This document shows positions 51,901 to 62,042 of a stretch of 64,000 nucleotides of DNA, piece after piece; position 1 is the stretch's first letter, and every line of letters begins with the position of its first letter. The stretch covers positions 54,064,001-54,128,000 of the forward strand of contig OZ360231.1 in assembly GCA_977017645.1 (NCBI GenBank), given 5' to 3'. Made by a program: the position numbers and the translations under genes. The DNA is from Torpedo marmorata. Lineage: Eukaryota. Under the pieces are notes generated by a model. That model searched no databases and was not told the DNA's origin. It saw only the letters and a program-made list of their open reading frames with translations.

Positions 51901-54900
51901 AGAGCTAGCCTTGCTTCTAAGCTTTTGATCACCTTTGGAGTCTGTAGTTGCCAGTTTTCAATATGAGGACCAGAGTTATACCAATGAAAGTTAAAGAAGC
52001 CATTATGAGGCTGAAAAACAAGAATAAAAACCGTAAGAGACATCTCCCAAACCTTAGGATTATCAAAATCAATAGTTTGGAACATCATTAAGAAGAAAGA
52101 GCATAATGGAGAGCTCAGTAATCACAAAGGGACTAGTATTCCAAGTAAGACCTCCACTGCTGATGACAGAATAAGTCTCATCATAATGAATAAAAATCCC
52201 CAAACGTATGTCCGACAGATCAGAAACACTCTTCAGAAGGCAGATGTGGATATATCAATGACTTCTGTCTGTAGAAGACTTCATGAACAGAAATACAGAG
52301 GCTACACTGCAAGATGCAAACTATGGCAAAGGTGGTATGCTTTGGATCTTGGGCAGTTCCTTTACGCCTCCACACTTTGCTCTTGCCATCACTCTCATAC
52401 AGGTTCATCTTGGTCTCATCTGTCCACAAGACCTTTTTCCAGAATTCTGCAGGCTCCTTTAAAGACTTCTTGGCAAACTGCAATCTGGCCATCCTTTCTG
52501 TGGCTAAAAAGTGGTTTGCATCTTGCAGTGTAGCCTCTGTATTTCTGTTCATGAAGTCTTCTGCGGACAGTAGTCATTGACATATCCACACCTGCCTTCT
52601 GAAGAGTATTTCTGATCTGTTGGACATACGTTTGGGGATTTTTCTTCATGATGAGAATTCTTCTGTCATCAGCAGTGGAGGTCTTCCTTGGAATACCAAT
52701 CCCTTTGCGATTACCGAGCTTGCCAGTACGCTCTTTCTTCTTAATTATGTTCCAAACTGTAAATTTTGGAAATCCTAAGGTTTAGACAATGTCTCTTAAG
52801 GTTTTATTCTTGGTTTTCAGCCTCATAATGCTTCTTTGACTTTCATTGGCACAACTCTGTGTACATTTTGTATACAAATAACCTTGAAAAAAATCTGGAA
52901 TGTGAATTGCTTGATTACAAATTTAAAACTGTGGAGCAAAGGGGCAAATAAAGGAAAAAGTGTATTTGTCACAAACATTATGGAGGGCACTGTACATCTA
53001 AATCTCACTATATTTAAAACCAAGTTATAGATATGATAACATGCTAGCAATTAACCAACTTAAATACGAATAGCTTTTAACTTTATTTATTTTTGTAATT
53101 TAACAGGCCCTTCCAGCCCACAAGCCTGTGCCGTCCAAATGCCCCATTTAACCTACAACCCCCGTACTTTTTGAAGGGTGGGAGGAAACCAGAGCACCTG
53201 GAAGAAACTCACCCAGACACAGGGAGAATGAACAAACTCCTATTAGACAGCGCCGGATTCGAACCCAGGTCGTTGGCGTCATAATAGCATTGTGCAAACC
53301 ACTAGGCTAACCATACTGCCCTCTTTAATCATTCATTTAGGTGTACAAAGACTGCATACCTCAAATAACTCCTTTAGAAGAAGTAGAGCAAGTAAAGAAC
53401 ACCTCTCAAGATTTTCTAGAGGTTGACTTGACCAGTGGATAAGAGTAATAATTGGGTCTGAAGATTTAACTTGTGATTTGAGCTTAGTTGCTGTGACTCG
53501 TTCTTCAGAAGTCCCAAATACTGCATGACATAATATTCTCCTGAGACTATTCACTGAGCAAAATGCAACTAGTAATTCAAGTATCTGTGGGAGAGAAAAG
53601 TTGTATTAGCATATTCACATTGCGTTTCCTTCCCCATAGATGCTGATGGTCCTGCTGAGTGCCTCAATATCTTCTAGTCTTTCAGCTTTCCAGCATCTCA
53701 ATATTTTTTCCTTCAATTAAGAATAATATGTGGTTTATTTGCTGCATTTCAATCACTTTGGCTGGACCAAAAAACATTCAAATGATATTGCGCTATATCT
53801 AGGGGCTTCCACCAATATTAATTGAAAATTGTCAAAATGCTCTCCAACTGCTCTGTAGAAAACAAAACAATTTTACATTCCTTCTTTCACAACAACAAGC
53901 CAAGCAATTATATAATTCCCATAAACAATAGACAAAATAAAAAGTTAATGCATTTTTGTAGTGTGGGCTTGGTAATAAATACTAGTCAGGGAAGAAGTTT
54001 GTGCAAATCTGCAACACCACAATGGATCATTGGGACTGAATTGGTTATTTATTTGTTACAAGCATTATGCTGAACCATGTAAAAATCTTTCCAATTTAAT
54101 CCGACATTATCGGATTTGTGTTTTAGATGTAAGAATGAAGTAGGTTCTTTTGTTCATTCTACATGGTTATGTCCAAAAATTCAAGATTTTTGGTTGAAAG
54201 TTAAGAATTTTTTAGAGAGAGTTTTTAATGTTATGTTTCCAATGGACCCTATGTGATTTCTATTTGGAGATATTAGAAAATTTAGTATTAAGAATAGATT
54301 GAATATGTATCAGGTAGAATTTTTGCGAATTGCTTTAGCTGTCTCAAAAAAATGTATTGCTATTACTTGGAAATCAGATTTAGATTTAAATTTAGATAGG
54401 TGGCATGCAGAACTTCGTTCGTGTATTCCTTTGGAAAAAATTACTTACAATTTACGTAATAAATATCATTCCTTTTTAAAAATTTGGAGCCCATATATGA
54501 GAGTTATGGGTTTAAGGATTTGAAATCTCTAGAAATCAGGTCTATTGGCGAGTTTAACCTCCAGGATAAAATAAGTTTTTGGATGCTTCTCTCCTCACTA
54601 TTAATTTACTTTTTTTTTTTCTTTTTTCTTCTTTTTTTTAACTATTTTTAGATTAGTGGGGTTGGGGGGGTTAGGGAAGGGTGGGAGGGTTTGGGGGGAG
54701 GAAATTTATATCACTTGTATTTTGGAAACTATATATTTTGAATTGTGTGTTGTGTGATTTAAAAATTTAAATAAAATATTTTTTTAAAAAAAAAATCTTT
54801 CCAAGAATGGGTCTTTGGGTTAATATTACATTTAGAAGTGGGTACTGCACTTAAGTATCAGCTTAGTGCATGGGTTGAATTCACATTGTGATGATAGAAC

Positions 54901-57900
54901 CCACAATTTTCAGACTGGGAGATCTAACCTTCTGATGAAAAACAATTGAAAAATAGGGTTACACTGTACTCCAGAATTTTACATTATTATGCACAGAATA
55001 ACAGAGGTGTGGTGATTCTCATTTTCTTGCTCCAATCCACCTGGCTAAAAGTCCACAATTAATATTTGCCTAATTCTTCACTCTCTGGTTTATGTAACAA
55101 CTCTTAAATAACATTCCAAACTGCATTACAGAAAAGTAATATTTTAATAATCTCAGCAAAATTCATTCATCATTGCTCACACACACAAATCCAAATAGGT
55201 TACTGAACATTCTGGATACTTAGACTTTACATATCCCGAGTGAGTTTATGAATCCAATACTGAAATATTTTAAATGTCCGTATACAAAGCCTGAGAAAAC
55301 CAGGACAAGAGGATAGGCAAAGAAATAAAATGGGAGAGGAGGATAATACAAGTATTGTCATTTGATGAAATAATGTGGTATTGGAAATGACAGATGGAAT
55401 TAAAGTGTCTTTATGAATGCATAAATCACCAAGCGTTAATAAAACAATACTTAAAATTCTACAAATAAGCAAAAGTAAAAATAGTGAGGTTTTATAATTT
55501 TTCAAAGCTCTTTTACTACACATGGTAACAATGTTAAAATGGGAGAAAGAGAATGATAGAATAACTGCCAAAGACAGTGGGAAAATAGAACATTAAGCTT
55601 AGAAAATAGTACAACACAGGCCCTTTGTCCCACGTCTGCACCAAACATGGTGCCCAAATTAAACTAAAATTCTGCTGCTTGCACATGATACATATCGAAA
55701 TGTTAGAAAAAGATTCTGAAGGACCACACAAGTCACGATTCGGAAAGGCACATTTTAAGAATTTGTTGAGGTTGCATCTGATTTATTTAATTTAATTTTG
55801 TTGAGGAGATGACAAGTATCAAGGAGGGTAGATTATTTGTTGCAATTTACAATACATGGATTTCAATAAGACATTTTACAAAGTACCACAAGACACGGTC
55901 AACAAGAAAGTAAAGTCCATGGTACCCAAGGGAAAGTGAGAATTTAGATTTAAAACTGCCTCAGTAGACGAAACCAAAGGGTAACAATTAATGGAAATTT
56001 TAGAGACGATGTTTACAGTGAGGTCCTAAAGTAATAAATAATATTCTCTTGCTTTTTGTAGTGTAATGGATTTAGAATTAAATGTAGAAGCGACAATTAA
56101 GAGGTTTGCCAATGATACTAGGATTAGCAATAGGGTTGTGAATCGCAAGGAATAAAGTTCAAGGCTGCGGGAAGATATCAATGGAGTGGTCTGAGAAGAG
56201 GGCACACAAGGGAGGGGTATATGCAATAAATGGTCCAATACCAAGAAACATTAGGGTCTTGGAGTACCTGTCATAACTTGCCTGAGGCAGAACATGTAGA
56301 TGTAGAAGGACAACATATGGAATGTGTGGCCTTACCGGTTAAGGGTCAGAATGCAGGAACAGAGAAGTGGAGCTTGAATTGCACAAAACATTAATCAGAT
56401 TGTATCTGGAGGATTGCAAAGTTCTGGACACCACACTATCCTGGAGGTGGAGAATGTTGGAAGGAGAGAACATTAATTTTGAGTTGAGTCTGGCGGCTCT
56501 GCTTGCTTTCTTTGGAATAAAGGAGACTGAGGGTAAATTTGATGGGAGTGTACAAAATTATAAGCCTAAAGAGGGTATGCAAGAATGGCTTATTTCCCTT
56601 AGCCAAGACGACAAAAGCTAGAAGCCATAGATTTAAAATAATTGATTGAAGAATGAGAAGAGAATTAAGAAAGAATTTTTCACTCAACAAGGAGTGGGGT
56701 CTGAACTTTACGTGAGGTCCAAACCTTACCATTATGGAGTGATGGCGACATAACCCTCACCACATTTTAAAAGTGCCTGAATGACCATTTCAACAGCTAC
56801 ACTCAATTACATTATGATCCACAAGCTGAGAAAATATGTCTAGTTGTTCAAGTGTTCAGTTTTGGGCACCAAATATCAGGAAGAAATAATTTTATTGGCA
56901 GGCATACAATACAGATTCGTCAGATGAACATAGGGAAAACTTGGCTTATAGGGCCCTCAGTTTTGGCCTGAGAAGGGCTTTAAAAACGATTAAGAGATTC
57001 AAGGAAACAATTTCCATTGAATAATACCAAAGGAGAATAATCAATAAGAGCAAATCAAGATATTTATTCAAAGGTATTGGAAATCTGGAACTAATTCTCT
57101 GGAAGGCAAAACCTTCCATCATTTATAAATATATCATTTATAATATAGATATCATAATGATATAATATATCATTTATAATACAATATATCACATAAATAT
57201 ATTTCGTTGGACATAAAATAAGTTGTTATGAGGCCAGCAATGGAGTCGAGGTGCAGACCAACCATGGCCTAACGGAATAACAGAGCAAACTTTAACAGCC
57301 ATTTCAGTTCTTGTTTCAGGTTTACAATGCATTTGAAATAACAAAACAAGGTGAGAGCAAGATTAACAAAATAAAAATGTTTCTGCACCAGCTGTTATGT
57401 ATTGGCAGGACACTGTTTCAGAGCCACTATTTATAAGATCCAGGACAAAAATCACTAAATTCAATCACTACAATATAGTTATTGTATAATTTACAAAAAT
57501 TTAAAGATCGCATGGATGAACTACAACAACTGTTCACCCCAGTTTGGCAAAAGAATAAACCAGGGAAGATAGTGCACCCGTGGCTAACAAGGGAAATCAG
57601 GGATAGTATCAAACCCAAAGAAGTAACGTATAAATTAGCCAGAAAAAGCACCATGCCTGAGGACTGGGAGAAATTCAGAGTCCAGCAGAGGAGGACAAAG
57701 GGCTTAATTAGGAAAGGGAAAATAGATTATGAGAGGAAGCTGGCAGGGAACATAAAAACTGACTGTAAAAGCTTTTACAGATATTTGAAGAGAAAAAGAT
57801 TGTTAAGATAAATGTAGGTCCCTTACAGACAGAAACAGGTGAATTGATCATGGGGAACAAGAACATGGCAGACCAATTGAATAACTACTTTGGTTCTGTC

Positions 57901-59780
57901 TTCACTAAGGAGGACATAAATAATATTCCGGAAATAGTAGGGGACCGATGGTCTAATGAGATGGAGGAACTGAAGGAAATACATGTTAGTCGGGAAGTTG
58001 TGTTAGGTAAATTGAAGGGATTAAAGTCAGATAAATCACCAGGGCCAGGTAGTCTGCATCCCAGAGTGCTTAAGGAAGTAGCCCCAGAAATAGTGGATGC
58101 ATTAGTGATAATTTTTCAAAACTCTTTAGATTCTGGAGTAGTTCCTGAGGATTGGAGGGTAGCTAATGTAACCCCACTTTTCAAAAAGGGAGCGAGAGAG
58201 AAAACGGGGAATTATAGACCAGTTAGCCTGACGTCGGTAGTAGGGAAAATGCTAGAGTCAGTTATTAAAGATGTGATAGCAGCACATTTGGAAAGTGGTG
58301 AAATCATCAGACAAAGTCAGCATGGATTTATGAAAGGAAAATCATGTCTGACGAATCTTATAGAATTTTTCGAGGATGTAACTATTAGAGCAGATAAGGG
58401 AGAACCAGTGGATGTGGTATATTTGGATTTTCAAAAGGCTTTTGATAAGGTCCCACACAGATTAGTGTGCAAACTTAGAGCATTGGGGGTATGGTGTTGA
58501 TGTGGATAGAGAACTGGTTGGCAGACAGGAGGCAGAGAGTGGGAATAAACAGGTCATTTTCTGAATGGCGGGCAGTTATTAGCGGGGTACCGCAAGGCTC
58601 GGTGCTGGGACCCAAGTTATTTACAATATATATTAATGATTTAGACAAGGGGATTGAATGCAACATCTCCAAGTTTGTGGATGACACGAAGCTGGGCGGC
58701 AATATTAGCTGTGAGGAGGATGCTAAGAGGATGCAGGGGGACTTGGATAGGTTGGGTGAGTGGGCAAATGCATGGCAGATGCAGTATAATGTGGATAAAT
58801 GTGAGGTTATCCACTTTGGTGGCAAGAACAGGAAAGCAGATTATTATCTGAATGGTGGCCGATTAGGAAAAGGAGAGGTGCAACGAGACCTGGGTGTCAT
58901 TGTACACCAGTCTTTGAAAGTGAGCATGCACGTACAGCAGGCAGTGAAGAAGGCGAATGGTATGTTGGCATTTATCGCAAGGGGATTCGAGTACAGGAGC
59001 AGGGAGGTTCTGCTGCAGTTGTACAGGGCCTTGGTGAGACCACACCTGGAGTATTGTGTACAGTTTTGGTCTCCTAATCTGAGGAAAGACATTCTTGCCA
59101 AAGAGGGTGTGCAGAGAAGATTCACCAGATTGATTCCTGGGATGGCAGGACTTTCATATGAAGAAAGACTTGGCCGACTAGGCTTATACTCGCTGGAATT
59201 TGGAAGATTGAGGGGGGATCTTATTGAAACATATAAAATTCTTAAGGGGTTGGATAGGTTAGATGCAGGAAGATTGTTCCCGATGTTGGGAAAGTCTAGA
59301 ACCAGGGGTCACAGTTTAAGGATAAGGGGGAAATCTTTTAGGACTGAGATGAGGAAAAATTTCTTCACACAGAGTGGTGAATCTGTGGAATTCTCTGCCA
59401 CAGGAAACAGTAGAGGCCAGTTCATTGGCTATATTTAAGAGGGAGTTAGATTTGGTCCTTGTGGCTAAGGAGATCAGGGGGTATGGTGAGAAAGCAGGTA
59501 CAGGGTATTGAGTTGGATGATCAGCCATGATCATACTGAATGGTGGTGCAGGCTCGAAGGGCCTACTCCTGCACCTATTTTCTATGTTTCTATTTCCTAG
59601 TCCATTGGCTTCTTCTTAGATAAAGAACACAATGGGTATATAAATTAAATAAAAATGAAATATGTTTATATTGGTGATACAACTAGAAATTAAATATTAC
59701 ATACCTTGGCTGCTGAATCTGAATCCTTACCACGAAGAAGCCCTAACACTTGACACAAGCATGATTTGAAATGTTCATAC
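4518..59780 (-). CDS. CIP2A: CIP2A (cellular inhibitor of PP2A / KIAA1524), partial multi-exon CDS: 12 internal exons, armadillo-repeat region to coiled coil
   Basis: Exon translations follow human CIP2A as I recall it, in order ([15 protein letters not shown]..., [27 protein letters not shown]). Splice phases match at all 11 junctions, with no internal stops. Confidence 0.95.
4703..4816 (-). CDS. CIP2A: CIP2A exon (114 nt): [12 protein letters not shown]...SLKQQND
   Basis: tag acceptor, gtaag donor; phase 2/2; coiled-coil sequence. Confidence 0.9.
5236..5432 (-). CDS. CIP2A: CIP2A exon (197 nt): [18 protein letters not shown]...
   Basis: tag acceptor, gtagg donor; phase 0/2; overlaps ORF 5232..5423. 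Confidence 0.93.
6704..6872 (-). repeat. 3' LTR of Gypsy A
   Basis: Direct repeat of 17724-17892 (about 9 mismatches by eye), adjacent to the PPT. Confidence 0.93.
6906..6984. repeat. (TA)n then (TG)n microsatellite in the 3' non-coding region of Gypsy A
   Basis: Seen directly in the sequence. Confidence 0.97.
8104..12699 (-). pseudogene. Element B gag-pol, frameshifted
   Basis: ORFs 11815..12699 (gag), 11014..11694 (CCHC and protease), 10107..11042 and 9759..10091 (integrase), 9080..9409 and 8836..9069 (RT), 8104..8742 (RNase H). Confidence 0.92.
13147..13326 (-). mobile_element. L1-family 3' UTR and poly(A) fragment inserted in the 5' LTR of element B
   Basis: Absent from the other LTR copies; its reverse complement matches the L1 3' end at about 61615-61829. 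Confidence 0.88.
13921..17560 (-). pseudogene. Gypsy A gag-pol, frameshifted
   Basis: ORFs 16833..17189 (CCHC), 16628..16882 (protease), 15130..16683 (RT/RNase H), 14644..15120 and 14256..14675 (integrase). Confidence 0.9.
17724..17892 (-). repeat. 5' LTR of Gypsy A
   Basis: Adjacent to the PBS; TG...CA termini. Confidence 0.93.
17954..18703 (+). mobile_element. CpG-rich non-coding retroposon with a Rex1-like 3' end and (TTGAATC)n tail
   Basis: Probable TSD ATTTG; 3' end gcaggcaaaaggaa...atgacAATAAAttgaatcttga parallels the Rex1 3' ends in this window; no recognisable protein. Confidence 0.6.
19056..19722 (+). mobile_element. Rex1/Babar 3' fragment with (TGACT)n tail
   Basis: [30 protein letters not shown] plus tail. 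Confidence 0.88.
19762..19872 (-). CDS. CIP2A: CIP2A exon (111 nt): [37 protein letters not shown]
   Basis: tag acceptor, gtatg donor; phase 0/0; highly conserved segment. Confidence 0.95.
20890..21095. repeat. Palindromic Penelope-like pseudo-LTR remnant
   Basis: Inverted pairs ggaactcagtg/cactgagttcc and cttcatct/agatgaag. Confidence 0.55.
23414..24293 (+). mobile_element. Solo LTR of the element B (Gmr1-like) family
   Basis: Reverse complement of LTR 7126-7972; TG...CA termini; 4-bp TSD GTTG. Confidence 0.93.
24389..24954 (+). mobile_element. Rex1/Babar 3' fragment, (TCTGAAA)n family, inserted in a CR1 3' UTR
   Basis: Same family as 1944-3137; probable TSD AAGG. Confidence 0.88.
25448..25522 (-). 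CDS. CIP2A: CIP2A exon (75 nt): [25 protein letters not shown]
   Basis: cag acceptor, gtaagt donor; phase 0/0. Confidence 0.93.
25631..26920 (+). mobile_element. L1-clade LINE, 5'-truncated (ORF2 C-terminus, 3' UTR, poly A)
   Basis: 16-bp TSD AGAATTTACATGACAG; CFRC...H..W.C zinc-binding motif; AATAAA and poly(A). Confidence 0.9.
26940..27510 (+). mobile_element. Highly degraded CR1 remnant
   Basis: Residual similarity to the CR1 RT and C-terminal DNA of the younger copies. Confidence 0.55.
28746..28926 (-). CDS. CIP2A: CIP2A exon (181 nt): [10 protein letters not shown]...[11 protein letters not shown]
   Basis: tag acceptor, gtttg donor; phase 2/0. Confidence 0.9.
29450..29940 (+). mobile_element. 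Old Rex1-like 3' fragment
   Basis: [13 protein letters not shown]...LLPSGRSYR. Confidence 0.7.
30612..30730 (-). CDS. CIP2A: CIP2A exon (119 nt): [14 protein letters not shown]...[11 protein letters not shown]
   Basis: cag acceptor, gtaagt donor; phase 0/2. Confidence 0.93.
31870..32910 (-). mobile_element. Degraded CR1 3' fragment, interrupted by a MITE
   Basis: [13 protein letters not shown] and [16 protein letters not shown] fragments. Confidence 0.75.
32517..32850. mobile_element. Tc1/mariner-pogo (Tigger-like) MITE
   Basis: TIRs CAGTAGAA...TTCTACTG, left flank TA, internal aatccgga repeats. Confidence 0.75.
32990..33400 (+). mobile_element. Rex1-like 3' fragment with (TTGAC)n tail
   Basis: Remnant coding end, AATAAA, then cttgacttgac. 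Confidence 0.75.
33623..35953 (+). mobile_element. Young Rex1/Babar LINE, 5'-truncated, with uninterrupted ORF (endonuclease C-terminus, RT) and (TTCTGA)n tail
   Basis: 733-aa ORF 33595..35796: GDFN, TLDHCY, SDH, PQG, FADD; no stops. Confidence 0.93.
36249..41610 (-). pseudogene. BEL gag-pol remainder, frameshifted
   Basis: ORFs 41159..41431, 40462..41109, 40120..40434, 39539..40168, 38324..39034, 37898..38284, 37062..37955, 36507..37037. Confidence 0.9.
39273..39558 (+). mobile_element. tRNA-derived V-SINE (HE1-like) inserted in BEL pol
   Basis: A box tggcgtagcgg, B box gttcgaatccc, V-domain gtttgtacgttctccccgtgtctgcgtgggtt. Confidence 0.88.
41619..43844 (-). mobile_element. Rex1/Babar LINE, (TCTGAAA)n family, inserted in BEL gag
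   Basis: [25 protein letters not shown] motifs; frameshifted. Confidence 0.92.
43879..44853 (-). pseudogene. BEL gag N-terminal ORF (SAP-like motif, Ser-rich linker, repetitive coiled coil)
   Basis: 324-aa ORF just downstream of the 5' LTR; [28 protein letters not shown]; (EEEQLRR)n. Confidence 0.8.
45623..45722 (-). CDS. CIP2A: CIP2A exon (100 nt): [11 protein letters not shown]...SFYKILQ
   Basis: cag acceptor, gtaaa donor; phase 2/0. Confidence 0.92.
46470..47320 (-). mobile_element. Penelope-like element RT fragment
   Basis: Minus strand reads IKPADKG and [21 protein letters not shown], then SLYVSIPH. Confidence 0.85.
47448..47581. mobile_element. hAT (Charlie-like) MITE
   Basis: TIRs CAGTGGTTCTCAA / TTGAAAACCACTG; left flank gtctagag; an extra TIR copy at about 47321. 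Confidence 0.7.
47812..47953 (-). CDS. CIP2A: CIP2A exon (142 nt): [16 protein letters not shown]...ADVELC
   Basis: Preceded by AC acceptor; gtaag donor; phase 1/2. Confidence 0.92.
47954..50609 (-). other. U12-type (minor spliceosome) AT-AC intron of CIP2A, 2656 nt
   Basis: 5' end ATATCCTTT; branch point TTCTTAAC at 47970-47963; terminal AC at 47955-47954. Splicing gives G|TG (Val) and in-frame VLLVLCGDD. Confidence 0.92.
48184..50008 (+). mobile_element. pogo-superfamily DNA transposon, near full length, with decayed transposase
   Basis: Perfect TIRs CCGTATATTTCGGCGTATAAGTCGA, TA flanks; Brinker-like DBD ([16 protein letters not shown]), CENP-B HTH, NMDETP, LVWDMF, QPLD. Confidence 0.93.
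50610..50769 (-). CDS. CIP2A: CIP2A exon (160 nt): EIIDCTLW...[10 protein letters not shown], ending at a U12 donor
   Basis: cag acceptor; followed by ATATCCTTT (U12 5' splice site). Confidence 0.9.
51624..52992. mobile_element. Tc1-type transposon derivative with two inverted 5' transposase halves
   Basis: TIRs CAGTGCCCTCCATAATGTTTG, TA flanks; plus-strand arm to about 52321, minus-strand arm about 52322-52860. Confidence 0.88.
53085..53321 (-). mobile_element. V-SINE (HE1-like)
   Basis: Reverse complement resembles 39273-39558, including the B box. Confidence 0.8.
53360..53584 (-). CDS. CIP2A: CIP2A exon (225 nt): [11 protein letters not shown]...LLLKELFE
   Basis: cag acceptor, gtatg donor, phase 0/0; overlaps ORF 53333..53554. 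Confidence 0.92.
54095..54790 (+). mobile_element. L1-clade 3' fragment, same family as 25631-26920
   Basis: TSD AAAAATCTTTCCAA; [20 protein letters not shown]; poly(A). Confidence 0.9.
55700..57300 (+). mobile_element. Old degraded CR1 fragments
   Basis: Residual RT and C-terminal similarity ([13 protein letters not shown]); boundaries uncertain. Confidence 0.55.
57495..59594 (+). mobile_element. CR1 LINE, 5'-truncated, relatively young
   Basis: ORFs 57844..58500 and 58491..59438 ([24 protein letters not shown]); (TTTCTATG)n tail. Confidence 0.93.
59705..59780 (-). CDS. CIP2A: CIP2A exon (76 nt): [25 protein letters not shown]
   Basis: AG acceptor and GT donor (gtatgt); enters in phase 2, exits in phase 0. 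Confidence 0.92.
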
Positions 59781-60675
59781 CTAAGATGAGAGAAAATAAC
59801 TTGATCCATAAATTTGTTGAATATTCTCAATTCTTAAATTGCTGTTAACAACTTACTTTGCACTTTTGCACGAATCTATAATCAAAATCACTGCAATATT
59901 TATTTTTAAAATGTTTTAAATACCATCACTCTTGTGGCTCAACAAATTAAAAACACCAAAGAAGAAATTTCATCTGTGTATCAATATGTAATTAGCTTTA
60001 TTCCATTGTACATTTGAACAAAGAAACAGGTTCAGTTATTTTAAAAATGAATGAACCTTGTTTGTTGCTCCCAGTTAACTTAATATTTGAAAAGCTTTAT
60101 CATCTAATGTTTTACCCCCTGGGACAGATACAACTCACATCTTATGCAAGCTTTGGCACTGGTGCCATGCTCAAGCAATTTACTCAATGACCAAAATTTT
60201 CACCAATTTTTGAAAATGCTGACTCAAATAGTCAATTTTGAAAGAGAACTGTACATTTAGAGAAAATTCAAGCACGCCTATTTAAACTTGAATTTTCTAA
60301 ATAACAACACAATTTGATAAAAGAGCTTGCACCTTCAAAGTATCTCTCACAACCTCAGCACAGTCCAGTGCAATTTATATAGTTTGCTGTGTGATCACAT
60401 GTAGAAAACATGACAGCAAGGTCACAAAAGTAGTGTCAATAGAATGCATAGATAAACAATATTGGTTGATGGGAAAATGGTGGCCAGGTCTGTCTTTTAC
60501 CTTCACCTGAAAAAAAAACACCTCCTTTGACCGTCATTCTAGATTGGTGTTCAAAGTTTCCGGAATGCAACTTTTGAAGTCTAGTCACCATCCACAATGT
60601 GCTAATACAGAGTCAAAATTGCTGCCATCAAGCTAAGCTGTAGGATTTAATTTCTAATTTAATCAAACAGTTTGG

Positions 60676-61829
60676 TTTAAAATTTGGTTTCAAAAAAGAA
60701 TTAAGAAAATAAATGATTGTTTTGAAGCTGGGAAATTTATTACTTTTCAAAGAATGAAAGATAAATTCAATATATTTGATAATACACTTTTTGCTTATTA
60801 TCAAATTAGAGCATTTTTGATTGAGAAATTAGGTTATAGTTTGATCTTACCAAGACAGAATGAATTAGAATTATTACGGTAGTTACTAAAGGAGATGTAA
60901 ATAAATTTATTTCTCAAATATATAAATTGTTCCAGAGGAAAACTTCTAAAGTAGGAATTCATAAATCAAGATTAAAATGGGGATTAGATTTGAATGTCAA
61001 TAGATGAAAATCATTGGAAAGAATTATGTAAATTAAGTATGACGAAGATTATTAATGTTAGATATAGATTAGTACAAAACAATTTTTTTCATCAATTATA
61101 TTTAACACCTAAAAAATTAAAGAAATTTAATCCGACATTATCAGGTTTATGTTTTAGATGTAATAAAGAGGAAGGTTCTTTTGTACATTCTACATGGTTT
61201 TGTCCAAAAGTTTATGATTTCTGGTTGAAAGTTAAAAATTTTTTAGATAAAGTATTTAAGATTACATTTCCAATGATATTTTTGTTTGGAGATATTAGAA
61301 AATTTAGTATTAAGATGAAATTAAATATGTATCAAATAGAATTTTTGCGAATTGCTTTAGCTGTTTCAAAGAAATGTATTGCTATTACTTGGAAATCTGA
61401 TCTAGATTTAGAGTTAGAAAGATGGCATGCAGAACTTCATTCGCGTATACCACTTGAAAAAATTACCTATAATTTACATAATAAATATCATTTCTTTTTA
61501 AAAATTTGGAGCCCATATATGAAAGTTGTTGGTTTAAGGATTTGAAGATCTGTGGACATCGGATCTACTGGCATACCTGACCTCCATAATAGAATTCGTT
61601 TATAGATGTATGTTTTTAGATTGGCATTCTCCTTACTCTATCTTTTTCTCTTTTTTTTTCTTTTTTTCTTTTTATTTTATATTTTTTATTTTTATTAGAT
61701 TAGTGGGGTTGGGAGGGTTGGGGAGGGGAGGGTGGGTGAAAATGTATCACAAATATTTTGATAATTTCATATTTTATTTTATGTATTCTGTGATTTAAAA
61801 TTTTAAATAAAATATTTTTTAAAAAAAAA
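60676..61829 (+). mobile_element. L1-clade 3' fragment, same family
   Basis: TSD CAAACAGTTTGG; ORF 60994..61545; poly(A). Confidence 0.9.
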
Positions 61830-62042
61830 CAAACAGTTTGGCAGTAAATATTGGTATGTTAAATTAAAAATATACATAACTGAATCTTTTAAATAATTTG
61901 TAAGAATGATCCACAATATGAATATGGTGATAGGTGAAGTGTGAATATTTTAAGTTCAAATTCTTGATTGTGATATATTTGGATGTCATTGTATCGATCC
62001 TTGCATTTCTTTAAATATATATACAGAGGAAATATATATACA

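Noticed and set aside
57115-57205. AT-rich atatcatttata repeats
   Set aside because: Low-complexity slippage with no evidence of function.
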